Assembly: GCA_016748015.1 (NCBI GenBank)
Contig: JAAOMT010000175.1
Location: 40,056-104,055 of the forward strand
Origin: Geosiphon pyriformis uo1
Lineage: Eukaryota > Fungi > Glomeromycota
Reading direction: 5' to 3'
Length of the DNA: 64,000 nt
The stretch's first letter is position 1, and every line of letters starts with the position of its first letter. Shown here piece by piece: positions 1 to 11,099 of this stretch. The translations under genes were made by a program, and so were the position numbers. The notes beneath the pieces are model-generated. The model saw only the letters and a list, made by a program, of their open reading frames with translations, ran no database searches and had not been told where the DNA came from.

Positions 1-482
1 GATATTTTATAAGTATTTGATTTGGTCCTATATAAAAAAAATAATTATGTTTTATTAGCATTATATATGTTAACAAAATTAATTTCGAATATAATAATTT
101 TTAATTTTCTTTATTCTTTTAATAAACTTTTAATTGATACATTTTTTGTTTTATCATAAAATTAGTAAATACATAACTGGTTTTGTTTTTTGAATTTTTG
201 AACTCATCTATTTAAGAATTGTATTTTATTTTCATATATACTAAAAAGTTTGGCAATTTTTTTTTAATTAGTTAATTATTGAATTTAATAATAATTATAG
301 TTACTTATTTTATTCAATAACTTAAAGCTTAATCTAATAATAAAAATTTAATGCTTTTATATTAAATGAATTTTTCTAAGATTTTATTAATTTCAATATT
401 TAACTACTTTATATGTTCTTTAAAAATAAAAAATAAAAAACTTTTTTTTCTTCTTCACTTATTAATTCTCTAAAGAATGCAT

Positions 483-1329
483 TGTTACTCATAAAAAGAA
501 ACAGATATAGCAGACCAATAAGAGAATAGTATTTAGCACATGAGCACATTGCTCAGCAATATAGAGCAATATCAGAAATCATGGCACATTGCTCAGCAAT
601 GTGGAGCAATGTCAGAAAACATGGCACATTGCTTAGCAATGTAGAGCAATATTAGAAAATTAGAGCACATTGCTCAGCAATATGAGCATTGCTCAAGAAA
701 TCATAGCACATTGCTCAGAAATAAGAGCAATCTCATAGAACATCAATTATGTATATATAGCAGTAGCATTAGAAGTAGAAAAAGCAGAATTCTGTAGTTA
801 GAAATCTTCTATTTTCACAAATATTAAATAAATAAATTATTTACCATTCAAATCCACTCTTTATTATCAACACACCATGTTGATAGCAATTGATATTTAA
901 CCATACTAGAACAATAGCTCTTGATCACAGCTATTGACAAATACTAACTTGCATATTGTCTTGGCTTATTTCTTTATTTTATTTTCTTTATTTTTTTATT
1001 ACTAACTCTATTGAGGATTAATGTGTGGAGTACTGACATCAGGATATAGCACTGGTAAAAGACCCAGGAATAAGAATAGGACACTTGATTGAGGATAGCT
1101 TACCAGGAAGAATACTGGCCATCAAGCTGAGAAAGAAATTAACAAAACTGTGGTTTTGGGAAGCTATTAATAAAACCATTGCAATTGAATTTCTGTTCAT
1201 TATACAAAAGACTCAACCAAAACCTTCAGATAACAATATCTTCAGATATTCCCAACAACATTATATTAATTGAGCACCAAGTTATGAGTTTGTTATTTGA
1301 TTTGAGACCCCAAATAATCACTTGTAACA
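483..1329 (+). repeat. 5' LTR of A (847 bp)
   Basis: TGTTACTC...TGTAACA; direct repeat of 17415-18162. Confidence 0.95.
541..735 (+). repeat. U3 tandem array of about 40-bp units with palindromic core ATTGCTCAGCAAT
   Basis: gcacattgctcagcaat...gagcaat...cagaaa repeated about 5 times; fewer copies in the 3' LTR. Confidence 0.85.
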
Positions 1330-1341
1330 TTTGGTGCTCCC
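1330..1341 (+). promoter_or_regulatory. Primer-binding site of A (TTTGGTGCTCCC)
   Basis: TGG motif 2 nt after the LTR-terminal CA; the same TTTGGTGCTC core follows the 5' LTRs of D and F, and a decayed version follows E. Confidence 0.85.
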
Positions 1342-3150
1342 TGTAAAGTATAATCTTACAGAAAACCAGCACCAACAACCTCATCCAAAAGTGGCAGAAT
1401 CAGAAAGCATAGGAGCAAACCATCTAGGATTCACAAAATTCTTATTTCAACATTATTGTCAACACCTAAGATTAAATTATAATCACATATCAGCAGAATT
1501 AGCCTTCAATTTCTATGTTAACAAGAGAATTGCATATTTGTTGAATACATTAGTAAATATTGAATCAGCAAGAGAAACTTTTTACAATGAATTAATTCAA
1601 AACACCAGCCTACCAACAAATCATAATTTCACATCCATCATTACTAAGATCAACAAAAAAATAAAATATCATACACAGCAAAGATACCCAATTACTTACA
1701 CAAGTAAAGGTAAAGAAAAACTACAAACACCAACAGTAATACCTCAAAGAATACAACCACCTACTTGGAAGAAAACAAAGGTTGAATCACCAACCAACTC
1801 ATTATACTATTATACATCTGAAAGTGCCATCAATATCTCATCAACAGGTGTGTCCACATCAAACATGACATCAGCATTTAGACAATTCCCATTTCAAAGC
1901 AAACAAAGGAAAGAAGACTTATTAGAACCATATGATACATATTTTGAAGGATTTAAATCATGATTGCCAATACCATCAGGATTTTGATCACTGCCACCTC
2001 AACCAGATTTCAAAACTATGAGTCCTTAAGAAGTCACAGAATTGGAAGGAGAACAGGAAGAAGAAGAAGAAGAAGAAGAAGAAGAAGAATCTGAGGATCA
2101 GAAATTTACTTACCAAAATCCAATCCCAAAAAACCTGGAATTTAAAACTCCAAACGTTCAAACTCTGAATTTTCAAGCTCAGCCAGATCAGAATGATCGA
2201 AACCCTGAGACAATTAATCAGCTGAACTTACCTTCAAATATTGTCATCAATCAACCACACATTGATCCAATAGCACAACCACTACTACAGCAACTTATCC
2301 AGCAACCAATTCAACATCCACAACAACAGCTTTAACTACCAATACAACAACAACCAATCATGCCAATGGCTTTTGCACCAATAGCAAAAATTGAGAAGTT
2401 CACAGGCAAAGAGGACGACGCCTAAGCATAGATTAATAATGTTGCCAAAGCCATCACCATAAACAATTGGGATGACGCAAGAACAATGCAAGTTATCCCA
2501 TATTTCCTAAAGGATACCACCGACTCATGGTATCATAGCTTGGCCCAGAAACCCCAAAACTTCAATGCATTTAAAATTGACTTCCTAAGATATTTCAGTG
2601 ATAATAACAGCATCAACTGCCTGGCAAGTATTTTTACCACCATAAAACAAGAGGACACAGAAGCAGTTACCACTTACTTAGGATGCTTCCACAGAAATCT
2701 GCACCAAATTCAAGCTATCCAAGCTGATTACTTTACAGCATCACAAATCTTAAATCAGTTCATCAGAGGCTTACACAATAGCATTCTTCAACGAGTACAT
2801 CCAATGCATCTGGTAGACCTTTCTACTGCAGTCACTTATGCTAGAGATTTTGAAGCTGCCGAGTTAGAAGCCAACTACGCCCAAGCTGTGAATCTAGTAA
2901 TGAATAGATCATCTGACTTGGATTCTAAACTAAAACAATTCAGTGATTCCATTAATCAGAAATTAGAGAAATACTTAACTGACAATTGCCCAATCTATTA
3001 ACCTCCACAATGACACAATAATCAAGGAAATGCCAATCATTTCCAAAATTAGTCGTGTCTTTCAATGTCCTCCAATCAGCCATGGCAGCAAGAGACACAT
3101 GTTTGCCACAACTGTGATAAACAAAAACACCTTAGAGCCAACTGCTGAGG
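1331..3150 (+). pseudogene. gag: gag of A with long N-terminal extension, poly-Glu linker, capsid-like region and zinc knuckle
   Basis: ORF pieces 1331-1963, 2042-2335 and 2486-3001; KFTGKEDDA, IKQEDTEAVTTYLGCF, LNQFIRGL; CHNCDKQKHLRANC (CX2CX4HX4C) at about 3104-3145; internal stops. Confidence 0.85.
2057..2089 (+). repeat. (GAA)n microsatellite encoding poly-Glu in gag
   Basis: About 11 consecutive GAA units. Confidence 0.9.
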
Positions 3151-3744
3151 GTATAATAACTCATGATCAGGAAATCAATATAGAAACCTCGATGCCAATT
3201 TCAAATTCCAAATCAAGAACAATACCAACCTACTCACCTGCCCATGACGCAGCCACCAATATATCAACCACAAATATATTAGGCTCCAGTTTATCAACCT
3301 CCAACAATCTATCAGCCACAGTTACCAACAATTTATCAACTGCAGCCACAAGTAATTTATCAACCTCAACAAATTCAAACACCACCCCAAAACCCAGCTC
3401 AAATGACATCAGGAAATTCCAGACCCAGAATCACACAAAACTGGAGATCAGTGATGGTTGTACACCAACCAATCCCCAGCTCCTCTCACCAACCCACTGG
3501 ATTATGCTCACGGAATTCAGGTACCAGTTCCACCCAAAACCCAAATTCCAGCACTATTTAAGTCTCCTGGTTATTTCAGAAGACGTCACTTCTAACAACC
3601 TGGAACCAAATCAACCAGCAACACTTACCAACAACATCCCACCAGCAACCATTACTGACAACAAATTCTTAGCCGCCATATTTCCTTTTAAACTTGAAGA
3701 AATCACAACAGTACCACTATTCAGTGGAGCTATCATAGAGGAAA

Positions 3745-4140
3745 AACCCATCATGGTAATGTATACTGATACCAAAGTTGATGGTCAGTATATCAAACTG
3801 ATCCTGGATAGTGGATTAGCTGGCAGCATCATCACTAAACAACTCATGGATCAATTAGGTCACAAAGTTAACAAAGCTGCCAGCACAAGGATTATCACAG
3901 CCAATGAAGCAACCAAAACTCCTATTGGTAAGATTGACAACTTCCCTTTTGAAATCAACGGCATCATAGTCCCTATCAAAGTTTTGGTGATGGAAGCCAC
4001 TCAATACCAAGCACTAGTTGGTAATGACTGGCTCACCAAAACAAATGCCATCTTCAATTGGACCACTCAGAAGTTGCAACTTAGCCAAAATGGCCAATAC
4101 ACCCAAGTACCAGCAACATGTGGCCATTTCAAACCCAGTC
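3745..4140 (+). pseudogene. Aspartic protease domain of A
   Basis: KLILDSGLAGSII ... ALVGNDWL retropepsin motifs in ORF 3030-4193. Confidence 0.92.
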
Positions 4141-4489
4141 ACACACCAGCCCCACTAATTGACTTGGAAGAAGAGAAGCCGAAACCCACCTAGAAAGCAT
4201 ACCAAGTGTCATGGGCCAATATCAATCATAATGAATTGCCATCAATACTCGCCTGGGACGACAATAATCAGGAAAAGGGAAAAAGAAAGGAAGAACTTAT
4301 CTGGAACACTAACCAAGCCTGTGAAATCAGCAACGGTTAAGAAGACTCATCAATCTGGAAGTGGGAGGAAAGCAATCAAGAAAAAGGGAAAGGAAATGAA
4401 GAAAACCAACTTAAAACCAACAAAACCACCAAAGCCAGCACTAGTGGCTGGGAAAAAATCTATTCAACTGACACTAAACCAGAGCCACC

Positions 4490-5135
4490 ATGTATTTCTT
4501 TCAAGTGTAAAGACTGCAACAAGAAGTTGTTCTCAATGGGAGCTTGGGTTGCACCAGACAAAGACTACTGGATGCACACCCATTACTATTGCAAACCATG
4601 CCACTGCAAACGCTACAGGTATCCAAAGAGACAAGACAAGTGGAACAATAAACCATGTCTTGCTTGTGGAGAACAACTGCTTAATGAAGGGATGTGGAAT
4701 GACATTTCTGGTTGAGAAAGAACATGTGATGCTTTGTGCCAGTACACAATCCTCATCAGTGACTGGATGAGTCATGGAACACCCATTACAGCAGTCTGGC
4801 ACTGAGCAATCTCTCGCTTAGAAGGTTATCCACACGATAAAGATGAAATCTGGTGAATGGCCAATGCCAAAGTAAAAAGCACTTTGTCCAGTGAAATTCT
4901 GGAGATCAAAAACAACTCTCTAGAACCAACAGACATTGTTTTGGTTCTCAACCCAGATGCTTTTCTCAACTTAGAAAACAGCCCAGAAGAATTCTATGAA
5001 CACTATCAAAATCTAGCACCCACAAAAAAAAAGCAAGAGCAACATTTGGAGAAAATCAATACCTGATTATGTGACCACTGTTTAATCCCATATGACTTCC
5101 AATTCTGTGATGATTGTGACCTCATTTACAATTCA
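4490..5135 (+). pseudogene. Cys-rich putative zinc-binding domain between protease and dUTPase of A
   Basis: CKDC, YYCKPC, PCLAC, TCDALC, LCDHC and FCDDC; homologous blocks in D, E and F. Confidence 0.7.
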
Positions 5136-5367
5136 CCACCACACATGATCTACACAATTCCAGAAGAAGAAGAACCAATCAGCAGCTGCATATTGAAATC
5201 AGAATCAGTTTTCGATTCTGATTTAAACTCTGACAACGATGACGATAAAAACACCAGTTCTAGCTCTATTCAATATAACAATAAAGATAATAGCAATTTG
5301 GACTCTGATTCAAACCCAGAAACATATATTACACTTCCTGATCTCACCAAGGAGCAGACCTTAAAAT

Positions 5368-5709
5368 GATTCAGTGATAATAATAAAGGGATCAAGCCAG
5401 AATATGCACATGATACTAATACCAGGTTTGACTTGAGATATCCAGGGAAAGATGCCATCAAATTAGAGCCACATTCACACACCTGCATTGATCTGAAAAT
5501 AGCATTGGAAATACCAGCAACAATTATGGTTCAACTAGCTTCCAGAAGTAGTTTAGCAAAAAGAGAAATTACTATAAGAGGAGGAATAATCAATGCAAGT
5601 TATGTAGAAAATATCATAACAATACTACAAAATGACTCAGAAAAGACCTATATTATAGAACCAAATGAAAAAATAGCACAGGTAATATTTTTGTCTCTGG
5701 TTAGAATAG
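5368..5709 (+). pseudogene. dut: dUTPase of A, motifs 1-4 (split by B)
   Basis: RFDLRYP (motif 1), ASRSSLA (motif 2), GGIINASYVENI (motif 3), EKIAQ (motif 4). Confidence 0.92.
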
Positions 5710-6365
5710 TGTTACAGATTGGAGTAACAAGCTAATGGATAGCAAAAGAAAACAGAATTGTAGGGTGATGGAAATAATCAAAGAAGAATTCAACTTTAAA
5801 GAGTAAATTGAATGAGTATGGATTTAATGTGCGAGATCAGTCTCATAAAATATCTCAGTCACTATTCTTTTCAAAGGTAACTGGGGAATCTGAAGGTAGA
5901 GGGATAGTCCGTACTGTCAACAATTAATCACTGTTGGTATAATTCTATGCCTTCATATCAGTGCTCTTAGAATTCAATATCAGGTATTAACTTGTGCTTT
6001 TCAGTCATGTTTATTTAAATAGTCTTCAAATACTACAATTTATTTAAACAGAAAAAGGCCAACAAGTAATCTTTTATCCTAAGATGTTTAGATACTTGAA
6101 GGTAGAGAAAGGGAAATTAGCGATAAGAAAGTGATTGAGATGAAAGTTGTTATTTTTATTTATTTGATTCTTGTCTGAAAGATGATTTTCTACAGCTAAG
6201 AGACTTATCGCTTATATATCTATTGAAAGTGGTCAATGATCAGGTCAACGGTCAGATTATTGATCAGGTCAATGATCACTATCTAAAAATAGGGTGGCTA
6301 ATTATATGACATTAGTGGCTAATACATATGATAACTAATAAAAACTATGGGTTTTAACCATAACA
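5710..6365 (-). repeat. 3' LTR of B
   Basis: TGTTA...TAACA; preceded on the minus strand by purine tract GGAGAGGATGA (about 6366-6376). Confidence 0.95.
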
Positions 6366-7028
6366 TCATCCTCTCCAAAGAGATTGAGCTCTGGCAAAAT
6401 CAAACTATTTATGGAATATTCTAATTGAAAGGTTTTATCTAACTCAAAACTAACTAGTTTGTTGAAGTTTTTTGTGAATAGAGTGTATAGTACTTGAGGC
6501 GAAATAAGCTTTGTATCCAAGAGACCAAATCTTTGTATAAGAGTTTTGGTTCTTCTTGCAATGGTCAAAACTCTTGGAACATTCAGACGTATAATGTCCA
6601 AAATTTCTACTTGTATCTCTGAAGTTGTTTTTTTTGTGAGCTTCATGTCTTTTATGATTTTACCAAGGTGACCATAGAGCTCTAGTTGTCTTTCATATGA
6701 CAAGTTTTTGTCTATGGGCAAGATTTCTTTAATTGTTTTTCCAATTGTGATGGAAGGTACAAGTATTGCTGCTGTTATGCTTTCCAACAGATACTTATCC
6801 ATTTTGCTACCAATTTTTTCTCTTCTGGTAGTTGTTTTCTTTGGTTTGATAACAGTATAAGTTCCACTGTTGTCAGTTATTGTGATCTGTTTTCCAATAG
6901 TCAGAGTAGCATTTGGATAGTTTTTGATTCAATACTTATGGAAAATATAGAAAGTGTTTTGAATGTTTTGATCCAAAAAATAATTGTTCATGTCGATTGA
7001 AGATACCTCTGTTTTGGGAATGATGCAT
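6335..7028 (-). pseudogene. ORF3 of B (unknown function, between integrase and 3' LTR)
   Basis: Open 155-aa portion at 6335-6802; probable ATG at 7028, 4 nt after the integrase stop; ELYGHLGK...TIARRTKTL...LYTL pattern resembles ORF3 of A, D and E. Confidence 0.7.
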
Positions 7029-7032
7029 TTAT

Positions 7033-8346
7033 TTATACTTGATTTTTGCTGATTAATTGGGTTGGTATTACCACAACTGGTAACCAATCAAGTCATTTGT
7101 GATATTTCTTGAATTATGTGCCATAAACAGGACAATTATTAAAGATTGTTCCATATTGATCTTGTAAGATATAAGAACCATTGTTCAAAACTTTGTTGAC
7201 TATAAAGGGTTCTTTCCACCAGCTAGAGAATTTATCACCATAGACATTGTCTCTGTCTAAATGGTATTTCAAAACTAAGTCACCAACACTTAAGGAAAGT
7301 GTTTTATATGTTTTTTTTTTCTTAAGCTTTTCTTGAAACTGTTTTATCTTTTCAAAGGCAATTATCCATGTCTCTATCAATGAGTCAAGAATGGTACCAA
7401 GTTTTCTTTGCAAAATGTCTTTGTAATTCTCTATTGTGATTTCTTCAAAGAGTATTGTTTCAATATCAGTTTCTATTGGTAGTGTTGCCATTCGTCCATA
7501 GAACAGATAAAAGAGTTTATAACTTGTTATGTCATGGTTCACAGTTCTATAAGCAAACAAAGCTGAAGGCAGTACTTTGTCCCATAAGTTTGTTTCTTTA
7601 CTTGTTTTGGCTAAGATTTCACACAGTATTTTATTGAAACATTCCACTAGACCATTTGTTTGGGGGTGATAAGAGGAGAAAAGTTTGTGATGTATTCCCA
7701 TTTTTTTACAAAGTTCTTCAACAAGTGTACTGAAAAAAGCTCTTCCTCTATCAGATAATAGTTCTTTGGGGCAGCCATAATGGCAAATAATATCTTCATA
7801 TATGAAATTGGCTATTGAGACTGCTGTTTGGTCTAAAGTGGCTCTTGCTTCTACCCATTTTGTAAGGTAGTCAGTAGCTGTGATAATGTATCTTTTGCCA
7901 TTAGGAGTTATTGTTAAAGATCCAACAATGTCTATATTAATTCTGTCAAAGGATTGACCAACAGAGATTGGATGGATATCTTCTTTGCGATTGGGTTTTC
8001 CTCTTCTTTGGCAGGTATCACAGGTTTTAATGTAATCAGCAATGTCTTTTCCCAAGGTAGACCAATAATAGCAAGCTAGAGTTTTCTGGATTGTTTTTGT
8101 TTTTCCAAAGTGTCCAGCTAATGGATCAGTGTGCATGTTGTAGATTACAATTTCTCTTTCTTTAAATCTAATAACTCTCTGGAAGTGGTCAAGATCTTTT
8201 CTATTTCTTTTATAAAGTTGGTTCTGGCAAATCAAATAGAAATTTGATTGTTTATGCAATTGTTCTCTTTGTTGTCATGTGTATTTCGGTGGGTATTGTT
8301 CTTTACCCAAAAATTCCATTAAGGCAGAATAGTTGTCCAAGTCCAT
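7033..8346 (-). pseudogene. Integrase of B (stand-alone ORF)
   Basis: MDLDNY start; HTDPLAGHFG...CDTCQ (HHCC); DIVG, TDYLTKW, SDRG, HPQTNGLVE (DDE); WKEPF (GPY/F-like). Confidence 0.93.
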
Positions 8347-8414
8347 TATTGTGTGTGTTTGTGGGGGAGTTACTAATAATTAGGTTGGTTTGGTTTGAGA
8401 GGGTTGTACTGTCA

Positions 8415-9909
8415 CTAGATGGTAAGTTTGGAGAGAGCGTTAGCATTTTGATGATTAGTTCCTTTGCAATGTTGAATATCATAGTCGAATTCATCCAGGT
8501 GGAATATCCAGCGAGTTATCTGTTTGTGTTCCAGCTTCTTTTTGTTGTGCAGCCAAACCAGAGCTTGGTGATCTGTTACCACCAAAAACTTCACACCAAG
8601 AAGATACTTACTCCAGTAGCTGATAGACTATACTACTGCTAAGCATTCTTGCTCAGTAACTGAGTAGTTCTGTTCTGCTGGGGAGAGGGTTCTACTGGAA
8701 TATGCTATAACATGTTCTTTGTCATCTTCATCTTTCTAAGATAGGACAGCACCAAGTCCAAAGCCAGATGTATTAGTGTAGAGAATAAAGGGTTAATCCA
8801 GGTCAGATTGCTTGAGAATAGGTTCTGTAACCAGTTTTTTCTTTAAAATTTCAAAGGCTTTTTGCTGATGTGTACTCCAGTGGTAATTGACATTTTCCTG
8901 AGTAGCTGATTGAGAGGAGAGGCGATTTTGGAGAAATTCTTGACAAATTCTTGACAAATTTGCGATAATAAGAAGCCAAACCAAGGAAAGAGCATAGTTC
9001 ATGAATATTCATTGGCTGTTTGATGTTCTGGACTTTTTCAACTTTGGCTGGGTTAGAGAAGATTCCATCTTTTGTAATAAGATGTCCAAGGAACTGGGTA
9101 GATTGACGACCAAAGAAAGATTTGATTGAGTTGATCTTGAAACCAGCATTTCTGAGGAGGTCAAAAACCTTTTGCAAATGTTCAAGGTGTTTATTCCAGG
9201 TTTTTGAGTATACCATTATGTCGTCCAAATAAACCAGAACAAAGTTTTTTTTCACTGATTCAAATACTTTGTCCATTAAGTGTTGGAAAGTGGAAGGGGC
9301 ATTGGTGAGACCAAAAGGCATAACTGTGAATTCATAGGTGTCATACTTGGTGATAAAGGCAGTTTTCTTTCTGCTTTTTGGATCCATCTCTATTTGCCAA
9401 AATTCAGCAGTTAAGTTAATGGTTGAGAAGAAAGCAGCATCTTTGAATTGGTCTAACATTGCATCAATCTTGGAAAGTGGGTACATGTCTTTTTCAGTGA
9501 TGGCATTTAATTGGTGGTAGTTAACACAGAAGCATAGTGTTCCACCTTTCTTGGATACTACTACAATTGGGAAAGCCCATTCACTCTTGGTTTTTTGTAT
9601 GAATCCAAGTTTTTTCATCTGGTTTATCTCTTTCTTGATGAATTCATTATTGTGGCAATTGGATTGATATGGTTTTAAATAGATGGGTCGAGTTTCTCTG
9701 GTTGTGATGGTGTGTTGTATTACATGAGTTCGTCCAGGGGTATCATCTTCTTTTGAGATAACTGGGCTATTTCTAGCCAGCAGATTTTCAATGTCTATCT
9801 TTCTTTCTTCAGAGGAGAGTTTTCTTTGTTCTACAGCCAGTGATTGGATCTTAGGTGGTTCATTCTCAAAAGACTTCTGTATTTTTTTCAATTCTTCTCT
9901 GGGTATCAA
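8415..9909 (-). pseudogene. pol: Reverse transcriptase and RNase H of B
   Basis: FCVNY, MPFGLTNAPSTFQ, VYLDD, FLGLASYYRKF; RNase H ends NANALSKLTI followed by stop. Confidence 0.95.
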
Positions 9910-10290
9910 ACTAATTGGTTCTCAATCTTTGTAATAGATCAGGCATAATTTGCATTTGTTGCTTGAAGAATACAAGGGTTTGTTGCACCAGCATTGGGCA
10001 CAAGGACCATGTCACCAAAAACTGTATTTGGCTTTCTTGCCAGGTTTTCTTTCAAAGATTCTTCTAAGGATATCATAATAAGGCCAACAGATCAGCTTGT
10101 CATTTACAATGATTTCTTCTTTGTCTGCTTTAACATTGTCTAGTGGTTTGCTATTGCTGGTGAAGGTAGTGTAAGTGAGTTCAGCAGTTTCTTCTTGTTC
10201 TTCTTATTCTTCTTCTTCATCGCTCTCTTCATCATCTGATTCATTTGATTGTTCTTCTTTTTGGTTTTGTTTGAGTACTGGGGGAATTGT

Positions 10291-10660
10291 TCAATGGCAG
10301 CACTTAACTACAATGGGTTTCTCACCACATCTGATGGTTAATTCACAAAGTTTATAATCAAGCAAAGCTTTTGCTTTTTTGAGCCATTCATTGCCAACAA
10401 TGATGGTATATTCCTTGGCTTTAGAAACTTCTATGTCAGTTTCAATGCTGATTCCATTGATGCGGACAGGAACAGCTTTGGCAATACCCAGTCTTTTCTT
10501 TTTGTCACCATGTACATTGGTCATTGGTCTGGTGGAAGGTTCATCAATCTTTCTACCAATTGCTTCCAAGAAGTGTTTGGCAATGACACTAACAGATGAT
10601 CCACTGTTCAGGATTAAATCAATAAAGTATCCAGCTACTTGGGCTTTACAAATCAGAGGG
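10291..10660 (-). pseudogene. Aspartic protease of B
   Basis: LILNSGSSVSVI (DSG decayed to NSG) ... IIVGNEWL. Confidence 0.88.
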
Positions 10661-11099
10661 GTGACATTGCTGTTGTCAGCAAGTCCAGCTTGGCAAAGGT
10701 GCTTGTTGGTTTTTGGTGTCTTTTTCTTTAAAATCAAGAATTTGTGAAGATCTTTTCTGAACTGTGGGTGGGTCATTAACTGGCCAAAGATAATATGTGC
10801 TGGGGTTTCCATGAGATCTTTGACAACAGAATAGGGTCCAGATTTTTGTACAATTTCTGGGGGTTTCAACTTTGGAGGATTCTTAAAAACTTTAGCTTTT
10901 GGTGGCTCATTGTTATTAGTGGCAGAAGTTGAGGCTTTGTTGGGGTCTAGAACGAAATCAACCTTGGCTTTTTTCTTCTTCCTTGTTGATTCTAAGGTGT
11001 TGATTGGTAGTTCATCCATGTCATGGTCATCATCAGTTAAGTTAAAAGCATAAAAAGGGTTTTCTTCTGGTTGGTTTGCACTCTCACCCTTTGGAAGTG

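Noticed and set aside
1-482. Possible TE relic in the AT-rich left flank
   Set aside because: No recognisable motif or homology to other parts of the window.
541-735. CRISPR-like array
   Set aside because: Units are tandem with no unique spacers, lie inside an LTR, and there are no cas genes.
1988-2176. Poly-Phe ORF on the minus strand
   Set aside because: It is the antisense reading of the GAA microsatellite.
5368-5735. Host dUTPase gene or prophage
   Set aside because: Embedded in retroelement Pol between PR and RT and repeated in several elements.
6335-6802. ORF3 as an envelope gene
   Set aside because: No signal peptide, furin site or transmembrane anchor, and it is too short.
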